A stretch of DNA of 59,708 nt from a virus (lineage: Duplodnaviria; Caudoviricetes). The stretch's first letter is position 1. Every line of letters starts with the position of its first letter. The stretch spans positions 1 through 59,708 of IMG/VR virus record IMGVR_UViG_3300008262_000463, one strand, 5' to 3'. The notes under the pieces were generated by a model that was not told the origin of the DNA, did no database searches, and saw nothing but the letters and a program-made list of their open reading frames with translations. The translations under genes and the position numbers were made by a program. Shown here one piece after another: positions 27,457 through 36,899 of the stretch.

Positions 27457-27930
27457 CTAACTAATTTCACCTGGTGAAATTTCTATCTCTATGTTGCATT
27501 GTTTCAAAAACTCAATTCCATGGCTGTCACGGTAATGTTTTCGAAAGTAGACCTTTTTAATTCCAGAGGTGTAGATTTGTTTTGCACAATCTATGCACGG
27601 GGCATGGGTCAGGAACATCGTGGAACCGTCTCCTGATTCAGGACCTTTAGCGAGTTTCGCAATCGCATTGGCCTCTGCATGGATGACTTCTGGTTTGGTC
27701 TTTAGATTATAACTGGTGCCATCTTCTTCACGGAATTCATGTTCGTATGGTGACTTATAATCTCGGTATTCACAATCGTTAGTCCAACCGGCAGGCATAC
27801 CATTATAACCAATGGAAATGATTCTGTCATCTTTGACAATAATTGCACCCACCTGTAAACGCTTTGCACTTGATAACTGAGCAAAGCGGTGTGCAACATC
27901 CATGTATGCGTTAATATATTTTTGTTTCAT
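27457..27930 (-). CDS. cd: dCMP deaminase
   Basis: GYNG, HAEANA and PCIDC motifs. Confidence 0.92.
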   Translation of the reverse strand: MKQKYINAYMDVAHRFAQLSSAKRLQVGAIIVKDDRIISIGYNGMPAGWTNDCEYRDYKSPYEHEFREEDGTSYNLKTKPEVIHAEANAIAKLAKGPESGDGSTMFLTHAPCIDCAKQIYTSGIKKVYFRKHYRDSHGIEFLKQCNIEIEISPGEIS

Positions 27931-27937
27931 AATAAAG

Positions 27938-28014
<77 letters not shown>

Positions 28015-28018
28015 AAGA

Positions 28019-28207
28019 TTACCAATAACCATCATCAATCCAAATTCTAAAAGTTAAACATAACATTTCAATAATTAAAGTGTCGTTGTCGATAACCCAT
28101 TCATCAGATTTTGTAATATATGCATCTACACGCCAATGAAAAGGATTACATTTAAATGTTATATTGAAACCAGAATACTTCAAATAATTTAAAATCTTAT
28201 TTGACAT
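28019..28207 (-). CDS. Hypothetical protein
   Basis: YLKYSG..NPFHW..WIDDGYW motif. Confidence 0.55.
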   Translation of the reverse strand: MSNKILNYLKYSGFNITFKCNPFHWRVDAYITKSDEWVIDNDTLIIEMLCLTFRIWIDDGYW

Positions 28208-28394
28208 ATTCAATATTATCTTTTTTAATATAATGCACTTCTCTCAAAGAGTCATTATTTGGAATAAATTTATTAACAGGAATAAAAGTGATACCATCAA
28301 TATTTTTTGATGGCCAATGTGACCAAGTGTAATAGGTCTGCTGGTTCGTTTTGGTACGAACAGTTAAAATGGTAGGAGTTTTCACATTTTTCAT
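28197..28394 (-). CDS. Hypothetical protein
   Basis: ORF downstream of promoter TTGACA-17-TATTAT (28401-28429). Confidence 0.55.
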   Translation of the reverse strand: MKNVKTPTILTVRTKTNQQTYYTWSHWPSKNIDGITFIPVNKFIPNNDSLREVHYIKKDNIEYVK

Positions 28395-28412
28395 ACTATA
28401 ATAATACTACAA

Positions 28413-28441
28413 ACGGAGAGGTATGTCAAGTACCTCTCCGT
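28413..28441 (-). terminator. Hairpin after hsp20 overlapping the next promoter
   Basis: ACGGAGAGGTA/TACCTCTCCGT. Confidence 0.65.
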
Positions 28442-28452
28442 ATTATTACCAA

Positions 28453-28902
28453 CTACTCATCACCGTTAATGGTAATCCTTTTAATGGCATCCTGAGTTTG
28501 TACCAGATTTTCCAACCAAACTTTTAACATACCATTTACCATTTCGGCATTTTTAATTTCAATCTTATCTGCCAATGTAAATGTACGAATAAAGTTGCGG
28601 TTAGCAATTCCTTTATAGAAGTATTCTTCAGAAGAATCATCTTCTTTTGCGGAACCTTTGATAACCAGTTTATTACCTTCCAATGTAACTTCAATATCAG
28701 ATTTGGCAAAACCTGCTACTGCCAATTCAATAATGTATTTGTTTTTCTCAACTTGTTTGATATTGTAAGGTGGGTAATTTGCAATTGCTTTTTTACCGAT
28801 CTCGGTTGTCATCTGTGATACATCATCAAAAAATTTATCAAAGCCGATAGAAAAAGGTTGCAGGTGTTTTGAATAGTCAATAAGGCTAGGAAATGTAGTC
28901 AT
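28453..28902 (-). CDS. hsp20: Small heat shock protein (IbpA-like)
   Basis: NYPPYNI, ELAVAGF, KGIANRNF.R.F, NGML. Confidence 0.93.
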   Translation of the reverse strand: MTTFPSLIDYSKHLQPFSIGFDKFFDDVSQMTTEIGKKAIANYPPYNIKQVEKNKYIIELAVAGFAKSDIEVTLEGNKLVIKGSAKEDDSSEEYFYKGIANRNFIRTFTLADKIEIKNAEMVNGMLKVWLENLVQTQDAIKRITINGDE

Positions 28903-28913
28903 AATATATCTCC

Positions 28914-29150
28914 TTAAGCAAATGATTTGTAAGATTTCAATGCTTTTTCAAAAGCACCGGAGTAATCATATTTTGTGGCAGATTCAACAAACACATCAGA
29001 AGCATGAACCATCTGACGAGCAAATTGTGCCTGAGCATCTACAAAAAGTTGTAGTGGCTCACGAATAGTTTCTTCATTTACAAATGTGTTAAGGAATTGA
29101 GTTTTGGCGTATTGAACAGAATCAATAGCCGTGTTGAGGTACGCTTTCAT
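28914..29150 (-). CDS. Helical hypothetical protein, possibly phasin-like
   Basis: Amphipathic helices; GGAGA RBS. Confidence 0.5.
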   Translation of the reverse strand: MKAYLNTAIDSVQYAKTQFLNTFVNEETIREPLQLFVDAQAQFARQMVHASDVFVESATKYDYSGAFEKALKSYKSFA

Positions 29151-29211
29151 AGTTTTCTCCTTTGTTAAGCGAGTTAATCAAAATTGCCGCCCAATAGGCA
29201 CGGCACCATTT

Positions 29212-29240
29212 ACTATACTAGTATTTATACTAGGTGTCAA
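29212..29240 (-). promoter_or_regulatory. Nested sigma70 (TTGACA-17-TATAGT) and late (TATAAATA, 29222-29229) promoters
   Basis: Both consensus sequences read directly. Confidence 0.7.
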
Positions 29241-29644
29241 TAAGATCCTGGTTTTTTACCAATATTATATTTTGGTACTAAATTCCAGTCATCTTTTTCT
29301 TTATGTGAAATGATCTTTACCTGTGATAGAAATATAGGTGGTGGATCTTCTACCTTTTTTCTATCTACAATTTCCACCAAACCCCAGTCCTCTAGCAGTT
29401 TGGCTATGGCATTCCTACGAGATAAGTCATTCTCTGAAATGTCATTAGGTTTACCATCTAAAGCAAACAGTTCCTTAAAGTGTACGATATAGTACTTGCC
29501 TTGTTTGTGTAATATGTGGCAAGACTGGTATAGGGTTTTGTCTTTTTTGGAAGCAACACCGATTCTGGTAAGCGTTTCACGAACCTTCAGAAAATCGTCT
29601 TTTTCATCTAATATCACTTCTATTAAATCTGTAATCGAAATCAT
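29237..29644 (-). CDS. regA: Translational repressor RegA
   Basis: DFLKVRETLTRIG, LYQSCHILHKQGKYYIVHFKELF. Confidence 0.96.
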   Translation of the reverse strand: MISITDLIEVILDEKDDFLKVRETLTRIGVASKKDKTLYQSCHILHKQGKYYIVHFKELFALDGKPNDISENDLSRRNAIAKLLEDWGLVEIVDRKKVEDPPPIFLSQVKIISHKEKDDWNLVPKYNIGKKPGSY

Positions 29645-30033
29645 GATTTTTTCATTCCGCCTGTATCTGTTCTTTTTATTATTTCAGCGATCTGCTCATC
29701 ATTTAGAATACGCAAGGCTTCTTTGGCCTTCTCATTTGAGTAACCAAAATATGTCTTAATATATCCTAGATTCTTGTCGGCCGATGATTTCTGCCACGGT
29801 TCAAATTTCCGTTTCATAGACCTAATGGTATTTAGAAGGTACTGGAACTGTAAATCTGGTGACAGATCCGGATGCTTGTTCATCTCATTGGCATAAAGTA
29901 CACAATCCATATGGTAAGACAATGAACGGTTAACGACAAAAGCATTGTAATCCTTTAGATCCAATTCGTCCCTAAACGGATTCTTCTTGGTTTGTAGTAT
30001 GGCAGGTACGATTTCTTTAAATAAATCTGGCAT
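29641..30033 (-). CDS. gp62: Clamp loader small subunit
   Basis: FVVNRSLS..D..ANEMN, YFGYSNEKAKEAL. Confidence 0.9.
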   Translation of the reverse strand: MPDLFKEIVPAILQTKKNPFRDELDLKDYNAFVVNRSLSYHMDCVLYANEMNKHPDLSPDLQFQYLLNTIRSMKRKFEPWQKSSADKNLGYIKTYFGYSNEKAKEALRILNDEQIAEIIKRTDTGGMKKS

Positions 30034-30529
30034 TTTTTTCACTTATTGAAACAATTTTAATACCTTTTTCAAATTTGTAATCATAATGAGTTTCACTATT
30101 TAATAAAGGTTTTAAACTGTAAATCAAAGTATTTTCTATATCTGTCAGGTTAATATATTCAGGCAAATCTTGTGGTGAAATTGATATAGTTTTAACTGTA
30201 ATATCGCTCAGATCACGACCAAATATATCAATATATTTGTATGCAGCAGAATGATTTTCATCAGGCCTTTCTGTTCCACGAACACCAGATATAAATCTAC
30301 CTATTCTTTTATGAATAGAAGATTCAGAACACCCAACATAAATTGGCTGTTCATTTTTATATAAAATATATATTCCTCTATTTGCCAATTTTCTATTAGT
30401 AAAAAAACCTTGAGCAGTTTCTTCTCTAATTATAACTTTTTCAAAATTATCTAAAGAAATTTCTTTTAAAAATAAAGGAAGAAAATCTTCGGGCTCATAT
30501 TGAATTTCAAAAAATATATTTCTTTTCAT
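30017..30529 (-). mobile_element. GIY-YIG family endonuclease inserted between genes 44 and 62
   Basis: GIYILY..IYVGCS..R..E..P.LN; AT-rich. Confidence 0.7.
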
Positions 30530-31461
30530 TATTTAAACTCACAATCAACCATGATTTCTGTAAGACAAGCGGTTGTGTTGATTTCGTGGTCAGCAACAAA
30601 CGCAGCCTGATATTGATACTTGGCAAGAATTAAAACCAACTGAGGTACGGATTGTGGTTTCAAAACTTCATACAGACCTTCATAAAGTTTACGATATAGT
30701 TTTGTTGGATCGTTATCTAGATTGTTGGTGACCCATTTACGAGCAGATGAAAAATCTTTACCTTTCAATGCTGTAATAAGATTAGACAAATCAACATCAG
30801 CAACACTACCAAGAATACCTTTATCGATTACACCAGATACGGAATATCTTTGTAGTTCATTGAGAACTCTCCTATTATCAGGAAAGTGTTTTGTGATGAG
30901 TGCTGCAAGAACAGACTTTTCATATTGAACATTTTCTTGTTCTAGAATGTGTTCAATTCTTTTCATCAATGATGTAGCCATTTTCTGTTTGCAACCATTG
31001 ATCTTGAAATCAACAACAGCACAACGAGAATGAATTGGATCGATGATACGATTCTTGAAATTACAAGTAAAGATGAACGAACAATTGGATGCAAATTCTT
31101 CTATTGCACCACGCATTGCAGGTTGTGTTGAGTTTGGATTTAGATAGTCTGCCTCATCAATAATGACAACCTTTCGGCCACCCATAAGTGAAACAGATGA
31201 GGCATAGTTTTTGATTTTGGTGCGTAGAACATCGATGCCTGATTCATCTGAACCGTTGATAATGATATAATCACAACCAACCTGTTCACACAAAGCTCGA
31301 GCAACTGTAGTTTTACCAACACCTGCACTACCAGATAATAGTAGATTAGGAATTTCTTTTCGATTTACATATTCTTGAAAGGTATTCTTTAATGCATCTG
31401 GTAGAATACATTCCTCAATAGTTTTTGGCCGATACTTCTCGACCCAAAGTAGATGTTCCAT
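30529..31461 (-). CDS. gp44: Clamp loader large subunit
   Basis: WVEKYRP, GSAGVGKT, IDEAD, SRC. Confidence 0.96.
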   Translation of the reverse strand: MEHLLWVEKYRPKTIEECILPDALKNTFQEYVNRKEIPNLLLSGSAGVGKTTVARALCEQVGCDYIIINGSDESGIDVLRTKIKNYASSVSLMGGRKVVIIDEADYLNPNSTQPAMRGAIEEFASNCSFIFTCNFKNRIIDPIHSRCAVVDFKINGCKQKMATSLMKRIEHILEQENVQYEKSVLAALITKHFPDNRRVLNELQRYSVSGVIDKGILGSVADVDLSNLITALKGKDFSSARKWVTNNLDNDPTKLYRKLYEGLYEVLKPQSVPQLVLILAKYQYQAAFVADHEINTTACLTEIMVDCEFK

Positions 31462-31488
31462 TCACATTCTCCATAATATATTTACAAC

Positions 31489-31764
31489 TCATTTTACTTC
31501 ATTCATACCTTCAAATAAAGCCACAAACTCATTGAACTCAGCAGTTTCAGACTGAATGCTTTGATTGTATTGTGCCTTAGCTAACTTCTTAATAATCTTT
31601 TTAGGAATTTTTAATGCATCAAATGTTCCATCAACAATATCTTTGATTGCTTCATTCTCTGAATCAATTTTTGTCATAGATGAATTGATTTCTGAGATAG
31701 CATCTTTTAATGTTTTCAACTGTTCTTCATTAAAGTTTCCAAATAATGTTTGTACTGTAGTCAT
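31489..31764 (-). CDS. T4 DsbA-like dsDNA-binding protein
   Basis: Helical IKEI..I..E...IKDI...KLAK..Y pattern. Confidence 0.55.
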   Translation of the reverse strand: MTTVQTLFGNFNEEQLKTLKDAISEINSSMTKIDSENEAIKDIVDGTFDALKIPKKIIKKLAKAQYNQSIQSETAEFNEFVALFEGMNEVK

Positions 31765-31767
31765 AGT

Positions 31768-32382
31768 TTATCCAAATATACAATTAATAATTAATCGATA
31801 CCGCTTAACTGTTGGTGAACAAGCCGAATGTAAATGATTCGAATCAAAAATTACAGCACGACCTCTTTGAGGTGTGATTACTTGATTTCTGGTTAAACTA
31901 CCAACCGGTTCTCCATAAAATTTTTCATTATAGAGTACGGTATCACCATCACCACCGTTTACATAGTATAGAAGTGTTTTTCTTCCACCAAGATAAACTC
32001 CGTCTTTGTAAGATTCAGGATTAGAATCATCCACATGAGGTGGTTCTAAAGTTGGAGAACCTTGAGGCATCAATAGGTTTGCTTTGATACGTGTTGTTCC
32101 AGTAACCTTGCCAACATATCTCTCATATTCAGCAATCAAAGGTGCAATATAAGGTAAGAAAATACTTTTTGTTACATTGTCCTCTACAAAATAATGTTTA
32201 AATTGAATATGTTCTTTAGTTGGTTCATCAATACTCCAAAGATTATCCGTTGGTTGTGAATATGTGGAATACTTAGAGAACTTCCATTGTACATCTTCTC
32301 CACACAATAGTTCATAAATGGACTTTTGAAATATTAAAGGAATAAAATCATCGATGATTACTGGTTCCACTTTATTCGCCAA
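31768..32382 (-). CDS. 2OG-Fe(II) oxygenase
   Basis: HVD, LYYVN..DGDT, FDSNHLH and R.IIN motifs. Confidence 0.8.
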   Translation of the reverse strand: MANKVEPVIIDDFIPLIFQKSIYELLCGEDVQWKFSKYSTYSQPTDNLWSIDEPTKEHIQFKHYFVEDNVTKSIFLPYIAPLIAEYERYVGKVTGTTRIKANLLMPQGSPTLEPPHVDDSNPESYKDGVYLGGRKTLLYYVNGGDGDTVLYNEKFYGEPVGSLTRNQVITPQRGRAVIFDSNHLHSACSPTVKRYRLIINCIFG

Positions 32383-32889
32383 TCTTTGTTAATTTACTTT
32401 CAAATGCAATCCAATACTGAATGTCATCTCTACTGTTCTTAAAGTTGACCATGCCTTTAAAAGAGATACTAACATCATATGATCCAGGAATCATTTTGAG
32501 ATTTTCGATATTGAATACAATCTTATATTGTTTTCCTTTGCCTTCACCAACAGCGATAGAATTGGTGTGTGCAGAATCATCTTTTGCATCAAAAGAAACA
32601 ACTTCAATTGTTGAACCATCAGAAATGATGCCAATGTGTGGTGATGAAAGCGTTGAAGCAGTTTTCATCAGAATATCATAATCATCAGATTTCAATGTAA
32701 AACTATCATCAACTGTTGGCATGACAAGTTCTTTTTCTGGAGGGACAACAAGAGTTTCCTTTGCTGCCATCCTGTAACTTGTTTTTCTGTTACCAGATTT
32801 GAATAGAATATTTGAATCTGTAAAATCAATTTCACCGTCTTTGAAAAGACCTTGTACAGACAAAAATTGGTTTAGGTCGTATACACAAA
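32372..32889 (-). CDS. gp45: Sliding clamp, N-terminus missing in this sequence
   Basis: CVYDLNQFLS, ENLKMIPGSYDV and YWIAFE motifs; about 50 N-terminal aa absent. Confidence 0.85.
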
Positions 32890-32901
32890 TCACAAATTGA
32901 A

Positions 32902-33237
32902 TTATTTGTCAATAGAATACTTTACATCATGTTCATATAAAAAATATAGGCAACACATTGCGTGTGCCAAGTGGTGAATACCAGATTCAGGATCAATCTG
33001 TTCACCTTCTTTCCATGCCCACAGATGGCGTTGCATGGCATCAAAGTACCTGCGTTTAGAATCGGGAACAATTTTCCAATTATCGGCTTCATACTTCTCA
33101 GCACCAAAAGTTAATACTTTTACCATCTCTTTTAGTGCTAACGGTGGAATCAAACCATATTGTAATTTTCCCCCGTCAAACTTACGGCCACCAGTTGAGG
33201 CATTTTGTGATGCCTTAACTATGTCTTTGAATTTCAT
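32902..33237 (-). CDS. dATP/dGTP diphosphohydrolase domain protein (DUF5664-like)
   Basis: GRKFD.GK, FGAEKY..NW, DPESG.HHLAHA. Confidence 0.85.
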   Translation of the reverse strand: MKFKDIVKASQNASTGGRKFDGGKLQYGLIPPLALKEMVKVLTFGAEKYEADNWKIVPDSKRRYFDAMQRHLWAWKEGEQIDPESGIHHLAHAMCCLYFLYEHDVKYSIDK

Positions 33238-34034
33238 TACATTTCACCCACATAGTTTGCAACAGCAGGCATATCTCCTTGAAAATGATATGTGCCGATA
33301 TGTGAGGTTCTCATCCAAGGACACAACCAAATCTGTCCTCCGATGTTTCTCCACCATTGGCAGAACATATAATCTTCTGAGAGATATCGCTCTGATTTTT
33401 CATCAATAACGGTATCAAAATATGCATGAATGTAACGAGTGCCATCAAAATTGGCTTGACCAACATGATCTGGTTTGTAACGAAACTCTGGATAAGCTTT
33501 TTCCCATTTAGGAAATACTTCACGCTTGACCATCATAAATCCAGTTCCAATCTCCATAACTTCAAGTGGCTCTGTGACCGAAAACTGTGCGGTTCCTTTA
33601 ACAGGATTAAACACATAATCACCTGTAACTTTTTCTAAGAGACCTGGATCAATGTCAGGATTCTTTTCCATTGCACGTTTAACAGAACGCCATTTAATTG
33701 CTTTCTTAGGATATGGTGCGCCGATGACATCACGATCTAATGCCAACATTGCAATAACATCTTGTGGATTAAAGTGAATGTCTGAATCAATAAACAACAT
33801 ATGTGTGCAATCTGAACGATGTAGAAATTCATCAACAAGATAATTTCTTGCACGTGTAATTAATGATTCATTAAACAGGAAAGAAAATTTGATGGGTACA
33901 CCATAAGACATCAACATACCTTGTAGATCAAGGCATGATTTCATGTACAACCCATAATTTTGTCCACCATACATTGGGGTTGCAACGAATAAACTTTTCT
34001 TTTGTAAATCTTCTTTTTTAATTGAAATTTCCAT
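33237..34034 (-). CDS. GT-A fold glycosyltransferase-like protein
   Basis: ATPMYGG, ESLITRARN, FIDSDI, GTGFM, LSEDY.FC, HIG. Confidence 0.75.
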   Translation of the reverse strand: MEISIKKEDLQKKSLFVATPMYGGQNYGLYMKSCLDLQGMLMSYGVPIKFSFLFNESLITRARNYLVDEFLHRSDCTHMLFIDSDIHFNPQDVIAMLALDRDVIGAPYPKKAIKWRSVKRAMEKNPDIDPGLLEKVTGDYVFNPVKGTAQFSVTEPLEVMEIGTGFMMVKREVFPKWEKAYPEFRYKPDHVGQANFDGTRYIHAYFDTVIDEKSERYLSEDYMFCQWWRNIGGQIWLCPWMRTSHIGTYHFQGDMPAVANYVGEM

Positions 34035-34057
34035 TATAACTCCAATGTGTGATAAAA

Positions 34058-34083
34058 GGGAGAGTTACCGAAGTAACCCTCCC
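34058..34083 (-). terminator. UUCG hairpin (terminator or processing signal)
   Basis: GGGAGGGTTAC-TTCG-GTAACTCTCCC followed by TTTT on the minus strand. Confidence 0.65.
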
Positions 34084-34097
34084 AACTCAAATCAATA

Positions 34098-34364
34098 TTA
34101 CTGATTGAAAGAGTAACCGGCACGCAAAGCTGCCTGAACGAGAGCTTTGCTTGGTTTACCCATGCGGTAGAACTTAACCAAACGACCATCTTCTGTACGC
34201 TTGGAGTTTGTGTAGATGCAATGGCCTTCTTTGCGAAGTTCATCGATACGGGCGGTAACATTGCTGATACCAAAACGGCGTTGTGCTTGTGCTACGGTGA
34301 AAGTGTTGTAACCACTTTTTGCTTTGAGGGCGTTCAACATTTTGTCTTTTGCAGATAACTTCAT
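34098..34364 (-). CDS. Winged HTH DNA-binding protein
   Basis: FGISNVTARIDELRKEGH.IY; promoter TTGACA-17-TATACT at 34421-34449. Confidence 0.7.
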   Translation of the reverse strand: MKLSAKDKMLNALKAKSGYNTFTVAQAQRRFGISNVTARIDELRKEGHCIYTNSKRTEDGRLVKFYRMGKPSKALVQAALRAGYSFNQ

Positions 34365-34470
34365 TATATAAACTCCTTGTTCATAGTTAAATTAAATCCT
34401 TGCTTTAAGCAAGTTCTCACAGTATACTATTATGTATATGATTTGTCAAGATTATTTGTGGTATACTTGA

Positions 34471-35730
34471 CTATCGACCAACTTGTGGTAGATATTTTGC
34501 CTTGGTTTCTTCCCAAGACAGGTATATCAAATCGTCATAGAAAAGAGAATCATATGAAACGGTATTCTTTTTCTTTAACATTGATATACGACCCTTAGCA
34601 TACTTGGTTTTCCAAATATTGGCAAGAGTTTCTTCACTGGTATCAAACGACTTTACCAGTTTATCTTCCTTAATTTCTTTCCTTAGAAATTCAGAAGTAT
34701 TATTATAGAGGTAAGAAAAATATATACCTCTTTGGTGTTCCGTTCTTATTAGATTTTTTGGAATACCTAATTTTGAATAAGCGAAATTCAATGACCTATT
34801 TTTGTGATCTCGCTTAAGTGGAAGACCTTGTGTGTTTTTGGCTTCCCACCACTCAAAATATTTTCTTGTATGGTTTTCTTTAATCCAATTGAAAACCATT
34901 CTGCTTGTTTCTCTTGTAGGTTCAAATGCAACAGAACCAGAAGAAAAACCCATTTTTTTCCAATGTTCTAACCCATCATATTGTGAAAGTCCATTAGATT
35001 TTGTATTTCCGTATAAAGATGTTGTGGTGACACCAACTAGAACATCACCATATCTTTCTTGCCAATCTTTCTGTACGGTATCAGAGAGACACAACAAAGC
35101 AAGTAACTTGCCGCCCATGTAGTTAAATCCCAAAGGTTGTAAAGGTACGATAGTAGAACCAATTGCGGTATGGTTAATCATGCCTTGTTGTGTCTTAACC
35201 TCTCTTGACCATCCAATTTCTTTATCTCTTGGTGTTAAATCTAAAAAATCTGATGAGATACAAATTACACCAAGATATTTTTTAGTTACATCATCAACAA
35301 TAGTATAGAATAAGTTTCTTCCTATATTTGAATTGTTTTTCATTGTAGAAGAAAATGTTCGAATGGCATTCCATGTTTCTGCCAAATCGCCATTTGAAAT
35401 TTGCATTACAGGTTTTAACTTTTCATAATCATCAGGTTCTTTTGGCATCCAGAAGTTAGATTTAACTTGTTTGATAAGTTTCTCTTGTTCTTTACTAACC
35501 ATTTGAACTTCATCACCAAATAATGTTGATATCTGTTCTACTGGATATCTCTCTTTGACTTCACACCATTTTTGATACAATGTATATTCACGAACATCCA
35601 TTTGTGATGCGTAAGACAGGTTTTCAATGAGCCTATCTTTGACTTCATTTGTGTCGATGTGTTCAATTTTAGGATTGCTTTCTTGCCAATCCTGCCATTG
35701 TTTATCTACGAATTCTATGGGTGTTGCCAT
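34471..35730 (-). CDS. DUF4338 (DruA-like)/Mom-like GNAT-fold protein
   Basis: GRNL.Y, LGVI, RD.EIGW, DW..RYG, TTTSLYG, SQY..W..MG.S.G pattern. Confidence 0.7.
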   Translation of the reverse strand: MATPIEFVDKQWQDWQESNPKIEHIDTNEVKDRLIENLSYASQMDVREYTLYQKWCEVKERYPVEQISTLFGDEVQMVSKEQEKLIKQVKSNFWMPKEPDDYEKLKPVMQISNGDLAETWNAIRTFSSTMKNNSNIGRNLFYTIVDDVTKKYLGVICISSDFLDLTPRDKEIGWSREVKTQQGMINHTAIGSTIVPLQPLGFNYMGGKLLALLCLSDTVQKDWQERYGDVLVGVTTTSLYGNTKSNGLSQYDGLEHWKKMGFSSGSVAFEPTRETSRMVFNWIKENHTRKYFEWWEAKNTQGLPLKRDHKNRSLNFAYSKLGIPKNLIRTEHQRGIYFSYLYNNTSEFLRKEIKEDKLVKSFDTSEETLANIWKTKYAKGRISMLKKKNTVSYDSLFYDDLIYLSWEETKAKYLPQVGR

Positions 35731-36299
35731 TATGCTAGTTTCATTTTCTTCAATAGTTTATTTCTTTTCTTAATACCCATTGCCAAAGCAAGAGGTTTAA
35801 CTCTCTCAGTATACACGACACCATTCATATGATCAAGCTCATGCAGAAAACAACGAGCAGATATGCCAGAAAATTGTGCTGTTTTTTCGGCACCAGTAAA
35901 GTCTTGATACTTCACTTTGATTTCAGCAGGTCTAGTAATTCTTAATCCTAAGAAAGGAAAAGACAAACAACCTTCTACTATGTGTGCCATCTCATGTGAA
36001 ACGTGTGTAACTTCTGGATTAAAAAATGCCACATATTCATCATCAGCACCCATAACAAAGACACGGTATGGCATTCCACATTGATTGGCAGACAATCCAA
36101 CGCCACGATATTCTTTGCAGGTATCAGTCAATCTAGATGCTAGTGCATTTGGATCGATTGGTGGATTATCAAAATCAAATTTTGGCATTGCTTGAGCCAA
36201 AATAGGATCAGTTTCTTTAACCAATTTCAATAATTGTTTTGGTTGTGGTGGTGCAATTACTGCTTCTTGGTTTGTATCAATTGTAATAATTTCAGACAT
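35730..36299 (-). CDS. def: Peptide deformylase
   Basis: GVGLSANQ, EGCLS, HELDH. Confidence 0.95.
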   Translation of the reverse strand: MSEIITIDTNQEAVIAPPQPKQLLKLVKETDPILAQAMPKFDFDNPPIDPNALASRLTDTCKEYRGVGLSANQCGMPYRVFVMGADDEYVAFFNPEVTHVSHEMAHIVEGCLSFPFLGLRITRPAEIKVKYQDFTGAEKTAQFSGISARCFLHELDHMNGVVYTERVKPLALAMGIKKRNKLLKKMKLA

Positions 36300-36308
36300 T
36301 ATAATCTC

Positions 36309-36890
36309 CTATTTAAATTTTGGTCCACAGACCCATCCAACAAGTGAATATCTTTCTCCTTGTTTTATTGGTGTAACCTCATGTAATGTCCAAGAAGGAA
36401 AAATTGTCATGACACCGATACCTTTTGGTGCATTATCTGGATCTTTTGAATTGTACAATAAAAGATCTCCTCCTTTATACATTTTCTCATCACTTAATTG
36501 TATTGTAAATGATAACTTTCTGTGAGTATTTCCTTCATATGTAGAATCTATATGTTTGCCATAAAAACTTCCTTTTTTATTATAAGCAGTAAATTGAAGT
36601 TCTTCAATAAAAGTCAAATCATAGTTAAAGAATTTTTCATTTATATTTTTTACAACATCTGTACATCTTCGATATATCCATTCAAATTCAGAAAAGTATT
36701 CTCTCTCACATCTAAACCAACAGATATCAGTAATTCTCCTTTTTTCATCTTCTTCACCATCATTAATGAGTGCTTTATTTAAATTAGATTTTTTACCTAA
36801 TTTGATTATTTCTATACACTCTTGTTCGGTGAATACTTGTACCCAAGCCCACCTCTCATCAAATTTATCTTTTCCTAAAAACCAAGGCAT
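36309..36890 (-). CDS. 2OG-Fe(II) oxygenase (PKHD/P4H-like)
   Basis: HID, RKLS, YKGGDL, FPS..LHEVTP...GERYSLV.W. Confidence 0.88.
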   Translation of the reverse strand: MPWFLGKDKFDERWAWVQVFTEQECIEIIKLGKKSNLNKALINDGEEDEKRRITDICWFRCEREYFSEFEWIYRRCTDVVKNINEKFFNYDLTFIEELQFTAYNKKGSFYGKHIDSTYEGNTHRKLSFTIQLSDEKMYKGGDLLLYNSKDPDNAPKGIGVMTIFPSWTLHEVTPIKQGERYSLVGWVCGPKFK

Positions 36891-36899
36891 AATATTCTC

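Noticed and set aside
32902-33237. 2-aminoadenine (Z-genome) pathway
   Set aside because: No purZ-like gene in the window; the diphosphohydrolase alone is not diagnostic.
34471-35730. Druantia defence system
   Set aside because: Only DruA-like domains; no DruE helicase or other partners, and the context is the phage replication cluster.
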